NCBI GenBank assembly: GCA_963977445.1
Contig: CAXBPH010000020.1
Span: forward strand, 1 to 42,290
Direction: 5' to 3'
Length of the DNA: 42,290 nt
Source of the DNA: an uncultured bacterium
GTDB taxonomy: Bacteria; Hydrogenedentota; Hydrogenedentia; Hydrogenedentales; JAEUWI01
The notes under the pieces are model-generated. The model saw only the letters and a list, made by a program, of their open reading frames with translations. It made no database searches and was not told the DNA's origin. Made by a program: the position numbers and the translations under genes. Positions 1 to 9,059 of this stretch are shown here, piece by piece. The first letter of the stretch is position 1. The number at the start of each line of letters is the position of its first letter.

Positions 1-2
1 AG

Positions 3-722
3 GGCAAGACGATTCTTATTTTCACGCCCCACCCCGATGATGACACCTTTGGTTGTGGTGGCATCATGAAAATCCTGGCCGACAATGGCAACAATATCCA
101 GGTGGTCATTTATACCAACGATGACAAGGGATCGCGCGACCTGGAGATGACCAGCGAGCGTTTGGCCCGCATCCGCAAGGCCGAAGAAGAACGGGCCTGT
201 GAGATACTCGGCATACCTGCGGAGAACATTACCTGGCTCGGCTATGAAGACGGAAATCTGGAATATGCCGACCCCCAACGCCTTCGCGGTGAAGCGGCAC
301 GACAGATGAAGCTTCATCGTCCCGACGCGGTATTCACTATTGACCCCGGCACCAAAAGCGAACGCTGGCATAAGACGGACCATCGTATGGCTGCCTTTAT
401 CACGCAAGACGCCTTGATCGCCTCCGAGTGGCACCTGTATTACCCCCATCATCTGCTGGTGGAGAAACTGAAGCCCTATCACGTCCCCCTCGCCTACTAC
501 TACTATTCCGAAGACACCAACGTGACCATTGATATCACGTCGGTTTTTGAAAGCAAGGTAGCGGCAGCGGCGGCCCATGTGAGCCAGTTTGAACCGTCGC
601 TGGATTCTTACACGCCGAAAATGAGTGACGAGACCCTGGCCGGCATCAAAGCGTGGGTGACGGGTTTCAGCGCGGAAGATGGAAAAATGGTGGAAAAATT
701 CCGCCGTCTGGAATGGCCCTGA
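3..722 (+). CDS. PIG-L/LmbE-family N-acetylhexosamine deacetylase (5' end outside the window)
   Basis: The frame is open from base 3 and reads GKTILIFTPHPDDDTFGCGG (HPDD Zn motif) upstream of the listed ORF 66..722. Also R..EE..AC..LG, HKTDH and AHVSQF motifs. Confidence 0.9.
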   Translation, partial: GKTILIFTPHPDDDTFGCGGIMKILADNGNNIQVVIYTNDDKGSRDLEMTSERLARIRKAEEERACEILGIPAENITWLGYEDGNLEYADPQRLRGEAARQMKLHRPDAVFTIDPGTKSERWHKTDHRMAAFITQDALIASEWHLYYPHHLLVEKLKPYHVPLAYYYYSEDTNVTIDITSVFESKVAAAAAHVSQFEPSLDSYTPKMSDETLAGIKAWVTGFSAEDGKMVEKFRRLEWP

Positions 723-777
723 GCGCCATTTCAGGGCACTCCACGGTGGGTTTCCTGAAATAATTCTCGATTGTCGC

Positions 778-805
778 TAAAGTTTTGGTCCGAGAATGCC
801 GATAC
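778..805 (+). promoter_or_regulatory. sigma28 (FliA/SigD)-type promoter
   Basis: TAAA(GTTT) at 778, 16-nt spacer, then GCCGATAC at 798-805. Matches the TAAA-N15/16-GCCGATAA consensus and lies about 50 nt upstream of the ATG at 854. Confidence 0.7.
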
Positions 806-853
806 CCGACTTGTGACAATGTAAGAGGTAACCAAGCTATGGAGGGTTTGGAA

Positions 854-1654
854 ATGCAAGTGGACGGATCCACGAACAATGGCAGGTCGCTGGAGACTAT
901 TGCACGGCTACAAGAGCAGTCTCAGTTGCATGGTGCGAAACAGCGCACCTCCCAGAAAGTAAACGTCGTAGCCAATACAGAGGCGGCCACGGCCCCCTCG
1001 GAATCAAGCGCAGACGCCCGAGGAGTAACACGCCTCATTCAAGAAGGCCACTTCAAGGGTGTGGCCGATGTGCGCCTGCGTATCAACTTTTTCGATTCGC
1101 TGCAGCGCGCAGGGGCGGATACGTCTCAAGCTACGTTGAGTGAGGGACTTACCAATCTTCAGAGCACCCTGAATGCCGCCATCGATGAGAAAGCCGATGG
1201 TGGATCACTTTCCGACGAGGACGTATCGACCTTGCGGGCCGCCCAATCGACGCTGAACGTAGAACTGGGCGCCCTCATCGGGGACAAAAGTGCCGCGAGT
1301 GGCGACATCTTTCAGGAACTCAAGACGGCATTTTCTGATTTCCTGAACGCCCTGCCTATCGAACAGCCCAAAACGGTATCGCTGGCGGATATCGCAGCAA
1401 GTACCGACGCGCCAGAGACAACCGGCACGTCTGGCGACCAATCGGGCCTGCGTTCTGTTCTGCAGAATATTTTTGACCCCGCGGTGGCTGCATTGGAAAA
1501 TGCTGTCGATGCGTTGGCCTTACCGCCCGTGGCTGCGCCACAAAATAATGGTCGGGCCTACGACAACTTCCTGTCAACCTACAATGCACTCTACGGAGTC
1601 GAAGGTGCGGGCAACACGGCCACGTCCGATGGTGCCCTTAACGCCGTCACCTGA
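854..1654 (+). CDS. hypothetical protein (helical, Ala/Ser/Thr-rich; probable sigma28 regulon member)
   Basis: GGAGG at 841-845 precedes the in-frame ATG at 854 within ORF 785..1654. No signal peptide. Contains the distinctive segments GVTRLIQEGHFKGVADVRLRINF and NGRAYDNFLSTYNAL. Confidence 0.75.
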   Translation: MQVDGSTNNGRSLETIARLQEQSQLHGAKQRTSQKVNVVANTEAATAPSESSADARGVTRLIQEGHFKGVADVRLRINFFDSLQRAGADTSQATLSEGLTNLQSTLNAAIDEKADGGSLSDEDVSTLRAAQSTLNVELGALIGDKSAASGDIFQELKTAFSDFLNALPIEQPKTVSLADIAASTDAPETTGTSGDQSGLRSVLQNIFDPAVAALENAVDALALPPVAAPQNNGRAYDNFLSTYNALYGVEGAGNTATSDGALNAVT

Positions 1655-1702
1655 TTAATAGCGATTGAAGTCAGCGCCTATCTCGCGCACGTTTCTCGAC
1701 GA

Positions 1703-2155
1703 TCACCGCCCGCTACGGGCGGCATGGATCAAGGCATCCAACGCCTGGAGAAACCGTGCGCGATCTTTTTTATCAAAAGGTGCTGGTCCCCCGGTCATGA
1801 CCCCGGCATCCCGCAGGTTGGCTGCGATTTCCCGATTTGCCATGGCATCGCCAATACCCTCAACGGTGAATACGCGGCCCTTATATCCGAGGACCCGTGC
1901 GCCCTTCTTGAGGCACCGGTCGGCAAGGGGAATATCGATTGCAATTACGATATCGTTTTCCTGGCAGTGTTCCACGATCCAGTCGTCGGCCTCGTCGAAG
2001 CCATCGCCCACGACGTTCATTAGAACCTGTGGGTCATCCGGTGTGCGCATCCACGTATTGGCCACCACGGTAACGGGCAACGCGTATCGTCGGGCAACCT
2101 TGTAGACTTCGTCTTTTACCGGACATCCGTCGGCATCAATATAGATATGAGACAT
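1703..2155 (-). CDS. yaiI: YaiI/YqxD (UPF0178) family protein
   Basis: IYIDADGCPVK N-terminus, ADDWI, DIPLA and the C-terminal GGPAPF..KDR..F..ALD motif. Start placed at the ATG at 2155. Confidence 0.9.
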   Translation of the reverse strand: MSHIYIDADGCPVKDEVYKVARRYALPVTVVANTWMRTPDDPQVLMNVVGDGFDEADDWIVEHCQENDIVIAIDIPLADRCLKKGARVLGYKGRVFTVEGIGDAMANREIAANLRDAGVMTGGPAPFDKKDRARFLQALDALIHAARSGR

Positions 2156-2364
2156 TCCCTGCCATCCTGCTGGTATCATCGGTTTCTGTGTTCGCGTTAC
2201 TGGATCCCCGCGTTCGGGGCGGTTGATTCAATGTGCGGAGTACGAATAGAACCTACCAACCTGCATTTAGAACCCACAACGTCATTCCCGCGCAGGCGGG
2301 AATCCAGAGGGTATCATCGATTTCTGCGATCGCGTTACTGGATCTCCGCGTTTGCGGAGATGAC
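2151..2364. repeat. REP/dRS3-like palindromic repeat: one complete unit plus a degenerate tandem copy
   Basis: 2281-2364 reads GTCATTCCCGCGCAGGCGGGAATCCAG...CTGGATCTCCGCGTTTGCGGAGATGAC (two hairpins in inverted arrangement). 2172-2219 is a direct repeat of 2310-2359 (GGTATCATCG.TTTCTG.G.TCGCGTTACTGGATC.CCGCGTT). Confidence 0.8.
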
Positions 2365-2422
2365 GGCAGCGCGCTTTCGTTCCGGATAGTAGTACGCAAG
2401 CATGTACTCCGTCGCTCAGAAA

Positions 2423-4210
2423 CTATTTACCCGAGTAGCGATAATTATAACGTCCTTCGGGGGCCACGTCGCCACTCAGATACAGGTCCATCACGTCCCC
2501 GGGTTCTTGCAGGTTGTCCGCCCATTTGAAGTCGATGTGGAAGGCACCGGAAGGAATCCCGAGGGCTTCACGGGGCACGGCCAAGTGCAACGTATTGTCC
2601 AAGACAGTTCGGGCCGCCAGGTCTCCCACTTTTTCCCACCCCCAGCCTCCGCTTTTCTCTTCGGGCTCCGGGGCGCTTCGGTGAATGCCCTGAGCATTTA
2701 TCAGGATATCGTACCCGGCCCAGCCAGTCGAAACATCGCCGTCCGTATTGATAAAGAGGTTCATGGCGTTCGGTTCAGACGCCGCCGCAAGCGGAGCGGT
2801 GCAGGCGGCATAAAAGTAGACGGTGTCGCTGTCGTGCGCGACTTTCAGGCGCTGAAAATTATTGCGGCCTGTCTCGTTGACATAGTGGGTGGTGCCTACG
2901 CCTTGGTGGTCACGCGCTATGGTCTCATCTGAATGGTCTTCAAAACCCGCCACATCCTCCCACTGGCTCAATGCTCCTGCCACGTCGATGGGATGGGCCT
3001 CGGCCGGTTGGGGAAGGGCAGGAACCCCCTTATAGCGGCGAATGCCCGCGACCAACTGATAGTAATAGTTATCGCCATGGCCTCCCTTCATCATCTCAAT
3101 ATCCCGGCTGCCCTCTTGGTCGAATTGATCGACAAAGGCCACGGGCAGTCCTTCCCGTTTAAAGCGTCCTGCAATCCACTCATTCCACCCCGTGACCATG
3201 ACGAAGGGCGGATCGAGCTCCCAGGCCCGGGTCCATTGCTCTTGGAAGTTGTAGCCATGGAGCACGGCATCGGGTGATTGGTCGACGGCACCATCGTGAA
3301 AACTACGGACTCGCGCGTCGCCCCGACTCATGTCTGTAACTTTCCCATCGGCGGCCCGCAGGTTCTGGGCGACGGAAACATTGACCTGTTCCGCTTTGGC
3401 CGGGTCATCGGCGAAGCCGTAGGGTTGGGGATAGGTCGCTTCCCAATGCCAGGCTTTTTCGGTGTTCATCATTTCAAAGGGCCAGTGTGCCCGACGAAGG
3501 GTAAAGAACTCCTTTACCGTGTCGCTCGCCTGGGCCGGGTCGCAAATGAGAAAAGGCTTTCCCTCCCAGCGAAACCAGAGCTCCGAATACTTCCCCGCGC
3601 CGTAAAGGTCTGCGTAAAGTTCATCAGCCGTCTCGCGGGCGTTGGTGTTGGTCATGAAGGTTATCTGTGGCGTCTTCCCCCCTGCCTGCCGTATCTCCAT
3701 AAAGACCTTGCAGAGTTCCATATAGACATCGCGATAGGTCGCTCGGTTGGTGGTATCAAAGATGAGCGTGTCTACCCCGGCGTCGGCCAGTAAGTGGGCG
3801 TGCCGACGAAGTACCCAGGGGTCGGCGTTCTTGTAGTAGCCAAAGAGTGGCTCACTCCAGAAATGCATGGCGCCCTCTGGGCCCCAGGGGGGTGAGGTGG
3901 GCATCTGGAGGGCATCGGGGTGGGCTGCCATGATCTTTGCTACGTCGAAGGGACCGCTATTGGGGTCGCCGTGCTGACCGTTCCAGAGAAAATAGAATAT
4001 GCCGACGAAACGATCAGGCTTGGGGAGTCCGACATCCTCGGACAGGGGCAATGGACGCCCCAATCCGTCGGTTGCGGGCCATGGCACGCCGGGGTTGGGG
4101 GCGAAGTTTTCTGCGGCATGCGTTGTCCAGGGGCACACGCTGAAACAAATCGTGAGTACTGCGGCAACGAAGACGGTGTCAATTCTTTTAAAATGTAACG
4201 ACATGTGCAA
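2423..4210 (-). CDS. secreted putative glycoside hydrolase (GH99/GH71-like barrel) with C-terminal beta-sandwich domain
   Basis: Signal peptide (..THA-AE), FVGIFYFLW, W.EPLFGYY, HAHLLADAGVD.LIFD and TGWNEW motifs typical of GH99-like folds. Confidence 0.6.
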   Translation of the reverse strand: MHMSLHFKRIDTVFVAAVLTICFSVCPWTTHAAENFAPNPGVPWPATDGLGRPLPLSEDVGLPKPDRFVGIFYFLWNGQHGDPNSGPFDVAKIMAAHPDALQMPTSPPWGPEGAMHFWSEPLFGYYKNADPWVLRRHAHLLADAGVDTLIFDTTNRATYRDVYMELCKVFMEIRQAGGKTPQITFMTNTNARETADELYADLYGAGKYSELWFRWEGKPFLICDPAQASDTVKEFFTLRRAHWPFEMMNTEKAWHWEATYPQPYGFADDPAKAEQVNVSVAQNLRAADGKVTDMSRGDARVRSFHDGAVDQSPDAVLHGYNFQEQWTRAWELDPPFVMVTGWNEWIAGRFKREGLPVAFVDQFDQEGSRDIEMMKGGHGDNYYYQLVAGIRRYKGVPALPQPAEAHPIDVAGALSQWEDVAGFEDHSDETIARDHQGVGTTHYVNETGRNNFQRLKVAHDSDTVYFYAACTAPLAAASEPNAMNLFINTDGDVSTGWAGYDILINAQGIHRSAPEPEEKSGGWGWEKVGDLAARTVLDNTLHLAVPREALGIPSGAFHIDFKWADNLQEPGDVMDLYLSGDVAPEGRYNYRYSGK

Positions 4211-4290
4211 TGGACTCGCTGGTAGGGTGTTGGAATAATTTCGACGGGGTGCTTCGTGGTTTGCTGCATGCCCACGTTTGGAAAACTCGG

Positions 4291-5589
4291 CTATTTATCG
4301 CCTTCAGAAAAAAGGTGTTCATATTTCATGGGTTCGCCCGATTCCCAAGGGCGATAGCTGTTGAAAAAGCGTATGCGCTGGGCAATGCTGGGGTGGCTGC
4401 TGCGCCACAGCATATAAATCCAGCCGGGATCGGGATTGGCGAGATTTTGCTGCTGCAAGGTCACGAATCCGGTGGCGGCAGCGTGGTTCAGGTGGGTCAG
4501 CTCAAGGCCGAAACGGTCCGCCTCGTGTTCGTGGTAACGGGTAATACCGAAAATGGCGGGCATGACGACCAAACTGAAGCCCCCCATCATCACGAGGATC
4601 AGAGGTAACGCCGCCACATCAGAGAGCTCATGGACGCCCCAGCGATCACCGAAGCGCCGCAGCAAGGCCCCCGAGAGGCGGTGGATGAGGTAGAGGGAAA
4701 GAAAGGTCACGAAGAAGGCAATCGCAATGAAGCGCACGACGTGGTGCATGACAAAGTGCCCCATTTCATGGCCCATGACGAAGAGCAACTCGTCCTCCGC
4801 GAGCTTGTCTATGGCCGTGTCCCACAATACAATGCGCTTGGTATCGCCAAAACCGGTCACGTAGGCGTTGACCGCCTTGGTGTCCTCGCTCTTGGCCACT
4901 TCAAAGACATCGGCCCCTTCAATGCCCGCCCGTGACGCCAGAGCGAGTATTTTTTCTTCGAGGGCTTTGTCTTTCATGGGGCCGAAATCATTAAACAGGG
5001 GTGCCACCCAGATGGGCGTAACGAATACCTGGATAATGAGCAGGGGCAGGATGAGTAGTCCCGTGTAGAACCACCAGCGCCTCGGGCTTTTCTTCAAGAA
5101 CAAGAAAGGGATCCAAACAATGAGAACGCCAACTACCAGACTCAACACCGTGGAAATAGCCGTGTCGGTCAGCCACTTCCCGAAGGTCTGGTTGGAAAGG
5201 CCATAGGCGTGCTCCCGAATGTATTCGGTGTAAAAGGACCAGGGCACCTCAAACACGGCCATGGCGAGTGACAGGAGCACGAAGAACCATTTACGGCCCG
5301 CGCGGGTCGCAAGATCACGAATGCGGGAGGACCACCCGGCGAAAAGAAAAAGCAGGGGCAACCCCAATCCTATCGCCTGATTGACAAACCAGATGACATT
5401 GCCGGAACGATAGCGCTGCATGGACAGCTCGTCCGCCTGGGGCACGGCGACCGCTTCATGTTCCGACGCAGCCTGGACCTGGGCCGAGCCGTCAGAACCG
5501 GTCGCGGACTCCTGCGCCCAGCATAATTCGCTCGACACTGCGGCGAGAATAATCAGGGCAACCAGCGACGTCAGGAGAATTCGCATCAT
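4291..5589 (-). CDS. M48 family (Ste24-like) integral membrane zinc metalloprotease
   Basis: Multiple TM segments, NAYVTGFG.TKRIVLWDT, HEMGH zinc motif, EHEADRF, SHPSIAQRI. Confidence 0.92.
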   Translation of the reverse strand: MMRILLTSLVALIILAAVSSELCWAQESATGSDGSAQVQAASEHEAVAVPQADELSMQRYRSGNVIWFVNQAIGLGLPLLFLFAGWSSRIRDLATRAGRKWFFVLLSLAMAVFEVPWSFYTEYIREHAYGLSNQTFGKWLTDTAISTVLSLVVGVLIVWIPFLFLKKSPRRWWFYTGLLILPLLIIQVFVTPIWVAPLFNDFGPMKDKALEEKILALASRAGIEGADVFEVAKSEDTKAVNAYVTGFGDTKRIVLWDTAIDKLAEDELLFVMGHEMGHFVMHHVVRFIAIAFFVTFLSLYLIHRLSGALLRRFGDRWGVHELSDVAALPLILVMMGGFSLVVMPAIFGITRYHEHEADRFGLELTHLNHAAATGFVTLQQQNLANPDPGWIYMLWRSSHPSIAQRIRFFNSYRPWESGEPMKYEHLFSEGDK

Positions 5590-5593
5590 CTAT

Positions 5594-8347
5594 TTATTCC
5601 TTCTCTCTCGGCGCCAGGCCCTTTTCGCCCGCATGGCCGTATTCATCGCTGTCCAGGAAGCCCTGGTCATCCATGGGAACAAAATCATTCAGCGCTTCCC
5701 AATTGAACTCACGGTCAAAGGGGTCGAAGGCTTTCTGGGGGTCAAAGATCTCGGCATTAACCGGAAGGGCTTTGTAGGGCTCACTGTTTTCCGGCGTTGT
5801 CGTAAACATATCGCCCAAATCGGAGGCAAAGGCGTCGTACTGGTTGAGGGGTGGGAGCCCCTGGATAGCAAAGGCGGTCTTCAGCATGCTTCCAATACTT
5901 GAATGGGTGTGGGAGACGTAGTCCTTCCGGGCATAGGGGCTGATGACCATGCAGATGGAGCGGTGGGCATCTACCGAGTCCACATACCCCTGGGCATCGT
6001 CCTCGGTGACCATGATGACTGTTTCTTTCCACCAGGGGCTGTGGCTGATGAGTTCCACCAGGCGTCCCAGGGCGAGATCGTTGTCGCTCATGTAGGAGCC
6101 CCAAAAGGGATAGCCATCATCGGGGCGTTCACCCGAACCATGGTCGTTGGGCAGCATAACGCTGATGAACTGGGGAAAGGGCTCTTTGCCCGAAGCCCAT
6201 TTCTCATTGAATTCCTCTTCAAACATATCCATGCGAAACTGGTCGGGAATATTCGTATTGTAGGTAGCAAACTTGCGTGAGGTTCGCTCGAAGAGCACCT
6301 CTGGCATGGGGTAATTTATGGGCAGCTTTATTCCGGTGTACTTGTCTTCCTGCTCTTCTTCCTGGGGCTTGAATTCAAAGCCCAGGCCGAAATTGTAGAA
6401 GCTGATGCGGTTGCGCTCCAGGTGTTCCCAGATAGCGCCCCCTTCGTTGTAATCTTCGGGATAAATGGCACCCGAGGAACCGATAAAGGCGAAATTGCCG
6501 GGGCCTTCTCCTTTGGAAGATTCTCCGATACGCACTTCCATAAATTCGTTGGGATAGGTGCCCACCAACCAGCGGTGGCCATCCACACTGTGGTCCGAAT
6601 CGCAATAGAAATTGTCGTTGATGGAAAAGCGTTTGGCCAGGGCGATGTGGTTGGGCATGAGCACCACATCCTTAATCGTACGCGAGCCATCTTTGTTGCT
6701 CACGTCGGTGGCCTTACCGAGACGCGCAAGCTCCGCGCTCCCCCGACCATCGGGCAGGGCACCGAAAATTTCGTCGTAGGTCCGATTCTCTTTGGTCACG
6801 TAGATGACATGCTTGATGGGGCTCTCCCAGCTGCCGGCCGGGGAGGGTACGGGATGGCCCGTCTCCCGTTTCATTTCAGGCGCGTCGAAGCGGACATTGT
6901 TATCCAGGACCCGCTGGCTGGTTGCTACGTAGGCCTCCTCATCCGTCGGCAAGGGGATGATGTTGATATAGCCCCGCATGAGGGAGCCAATGCCCGTGGG
7001 GTCGGATGGATTGTGATTGGGGCCCGCGTTGGGTCCCGAGCCGATACCCTTGGCACAGGAGGCATAAAGAAATTTACCGTCAGGAGATACGGCAAGCTTG
7101 CTGGGGAACCAGGCGGTCGGGATATGGCCCAACACCTTTCGGTCGGCGAGACGTATCACGCCGATGGCGTTAATACCGGCCTCGGCGACGTAGAGCGTTT
7201 TCTTATCGGGGGACAGGGCGAGGCCAAAGGGGATCATGCCACGAAACTTCGCCACACGCGGGTCAAGTTCCAGGTCGATATCTGCCTCGCGCTCGTGGGT
7301 GGCCGTGTTGATTACGGTAATACTGTCGTTGCTTCCATTGGATACATAGACGTGATCGCCCGTGGCCACCATACTGTTGGGGCTGCTGCCGCCCACCGCC
7401 GGAAAATCTTCCAGTTCTTCGCCCACCAGGTGGCCTGTCTTGTAGCGATTGGTCACCGTTCCCGCGTCCCCCTCCGTGAGGGAAACGGTCCAGACGGACA
7501 TGGCCTTGATATCATTGGGGTCGCCCAGACCCGGTGCTACGACGCCATCTACGGTCGTCCCCTTTTCGGCCGCTTCCGACGGCACGCCGAAGGGAGGAAA
7601 GAGCAACCAGGCGAGCTCTCCCGCTTCGTTCTTCATGTAGGCGTATTCATACATGCCCACATTGGCCACGTAGGCTTCCGTTTCATCGGGGGACAGGGTA
7701 ACGCCAAAAGGATAGCGGCCCACTCCGACGGAACCGACGACCTTTTGCGCTTCAAGATCGAAAGTCACCATGCGAAAATTGGATTGGTCTACGCCATAGA
7801 GAAACTTACCATCTTTACGGAGACGAATGTCGCCGAGGTAGCCAAAGGTGTAGTCGCCCTCGCCGACCATGTGAGCGCAATCGATTTCAAAGAGCTTTTT
7901 CCGGGTTTCCAGGTCAAAGGCGTAGACCTTCCAGGCCCGTCCGCCCGCCACATATACCGTCTTGCTGTCGGCGCTGATGGCCAGGCCCATGAAGGCCGAG
8001 TCCAATACGCCCTCCCCTTCGCCCATGTCTTCGGGGATATAAGACGCGATGGGTGCCGATGGATCGGCCATGTCCAGTAGGGACAACTGGGGGCCATCAC
8101 TACTCACGGCAACAACCCAGCGGCCGTCGGGGCTTATGGTCAGACCATAGGGATGGGGACGGACGACGTGCATGGTGCCCGTGGGGGTTATCAGACGTCC
8201 GTTGGGGAGAATGGATTCCCCGGTGGCATCGCGCTCGACATAGCGCGTGCCGGAGGGCGACGACATAATGGGCTGGGCCAGGGCGGGGGCAAGAAAAATA
8301 CACGAAGTGGCCAGAAGGCTCGAAAGACGGAAGAACGGGGAAGCCAT
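5594..8347 (-). CDS. secreted YncE/YVTN beta-propeller plus alkaline-phosphatase-superfamily phosphoesterase
   Basis: Start at ATG 8347 (AAGGA RBS, signal peptide ..ALA-Q). SPDG propeller repeats, then IKHVIYVTKENRTYD, DSDHSVDGH, PNDH and EDDAQG..D.VDAHRS. Confidence 0.85.
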   Translation of the reverse strand: MASPFFRLSSLLATSCIFLAPALAQPIMSSPSGTRYVERDATGESILPNGRLITPTGTMHVVRPHPYGLTISPDGRWVVAVSSDGPQLSLLDMADPSAPIASYIPEDMGEGEGVLDSAFMGLAISADSKTVYVAGGRAWKVYAFDLETRKKLFEIDCAHMVGEGDYTFGYLGDIRLRKDGKFLYGVDQSNFRMVTFDLEAQKVVGSVGVGRYPFGVTLSPDETEAYVANVGMYEYAYMKNEAGELAWLLFPPFGVPSEAAEKGTTVDGVVAPGLGDPNDIKAMSVWTVSLTEGDAGTVTNRYKTGHLVGEELEDFPAVGGSSPNSMVATGDHVYVSNGSNDSITVINTATHEREADIDLELDPRVAKFRGMIPFGLALSPDKKTLYVAEAGINAIGVIRLADRKVLGHIPTAWFPSKLAVSPDGKFLYASCAKGIGSGPNAGPNHNPSDPTGIGSLMRGYINIIPLPTDEEAYVATSQRVLDNNVRFDAPEMKRETGHPVPSPAGSWESPIKHVIYVTKENRTYDEIFGALPDGRGSAELARLGKATDVSNKDGSRTIKDVVLMPNHIALAKRFSINDNFYCDSDHSVDGHRWLVGTYPNEFMEVRIGESSKGEGPGNFAFIGSSGAIYPEDYNEGGAIWEHLERNRISFYNFGLGFEFKPQEEEQEDKYTGIKLPINYPMPEVLFERTSRKFATYNTNIPDQFRMDMFEEEFNEKWASGKEPFPQFISVMLPNDHGSGERPDDGYPFWGSYMSDNDLALGRLVELISHSPWWKETVIMVTEDDAQGYVDSVDAHRSICMVISPYARKDYVSHTHSSIGSMLKTAFAIQGLPPLNQYDAFASDLGDMFTTTPENSEPYKALPVNAEIFDPQKAFDPFDREFNWEALNDFVPMDDQGFLDSDEYGHAGEKGLAPREKE

Positions 8348-8520
8348 AATTAGTTCCTTTCTGCAAGATGGGGTGCAAAGCACCACGGGTACTACGAGGG
8401 GCCATTTTACAGACAATGGATGCCGAAACACACCTCTCGGCCTACGACGGCGACTCCGAATACCCGCTGAGAGCCACGGTCGTAAACGCATGGTGCTCAA
8501 GCCAGGCGCACGGGAACAAG

Positions 8521-8701
8521 AGGATCTTGGATATTCCCGGCCGAAGTAGAACACGACGGCGTCACTGGACACGTTGGCCGGGTGCAAGAAACCTCATGCC
8601 GTCCGGGTTACTTTTTTTACAGACCAAAAGCCTCGCAACAAACGGATTGTGCCTATCCACATTCACGCACACGTTGCCTCGACAAGAATGTCCAAGATCC
8701 T
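8521..8701. repeat. inverted-repeat-bounded REP/MITE-like element
   Basis: AGGATCTTGGATATTC (8521-8536) and GAATGTCCAAGATCCT (8686-8701) are reverse complements at 15/16 positions. The right arm carries GACAAGAATGTCC, a REP-type core. Confidence 0.6.
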
Positions 8702-8770
8702 TTACCCCGCTCCCACCTACTCCTCCCCCATGCTATACTGTCTCTGCGTTCAGCAGGTAAAGGAGGGTAC

Positions 8771-8997
8771 ATGGTCGAGGCGTGGGACAAAGACAATCCC
8801 CGGAGGAGTTTTTGGGAAGCGACTACCATCTCCCTCAGGGACTCTTCTGGCTCCCTGGGAACTTCGTCTGGATTTACATTGCCGCAATCTGCTTACTGCT
8901 GTGCGGGGGGATCGCACTGGGATTCGCGGGACATCTGCCATGGGTCCCGACCTACTTCCAAATCGGCGTCCTGGCCGTCGTTGGATGGTACGAATAA
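8771..8997 (+). pseudogene. small membrane protein gene with apparent -1 frameshift or truncation
   Basis: Extended -10 TGCTATACT (8731-8739), AGGAGG (8761-8766) and ATG 8771 give MVEAWDKDNPRRSFWEATTISLR. The hydrophobic two-TM segment (GLFWLPGNFVWIYIAAICLLL...) continues in another frame to TAA at 8997. Confidence 0.45.
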
Positions 8998-9059
8998 GAA
9001 TCTGGTCACATTGACCGGAAATAGTGAAGCGGACGGACTTTACTGAAGGGCGTCAACCC

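Noticed and set aside
6422..8080. 552-aa plus-strand ORF (and similar long antisense ORFs at 17342-18739, 16395-17498, 22512-23783)
   Set aside because: They overlap well-supported genes on the opposite strand and have no recognisable domains.
8348..8587. 80-aa N-terminal extension of the phosphoesterase ORF
   Set aside because: RBS and signal peptide indicate a start at 8347, and the extension crosses an inverted-repeat element.
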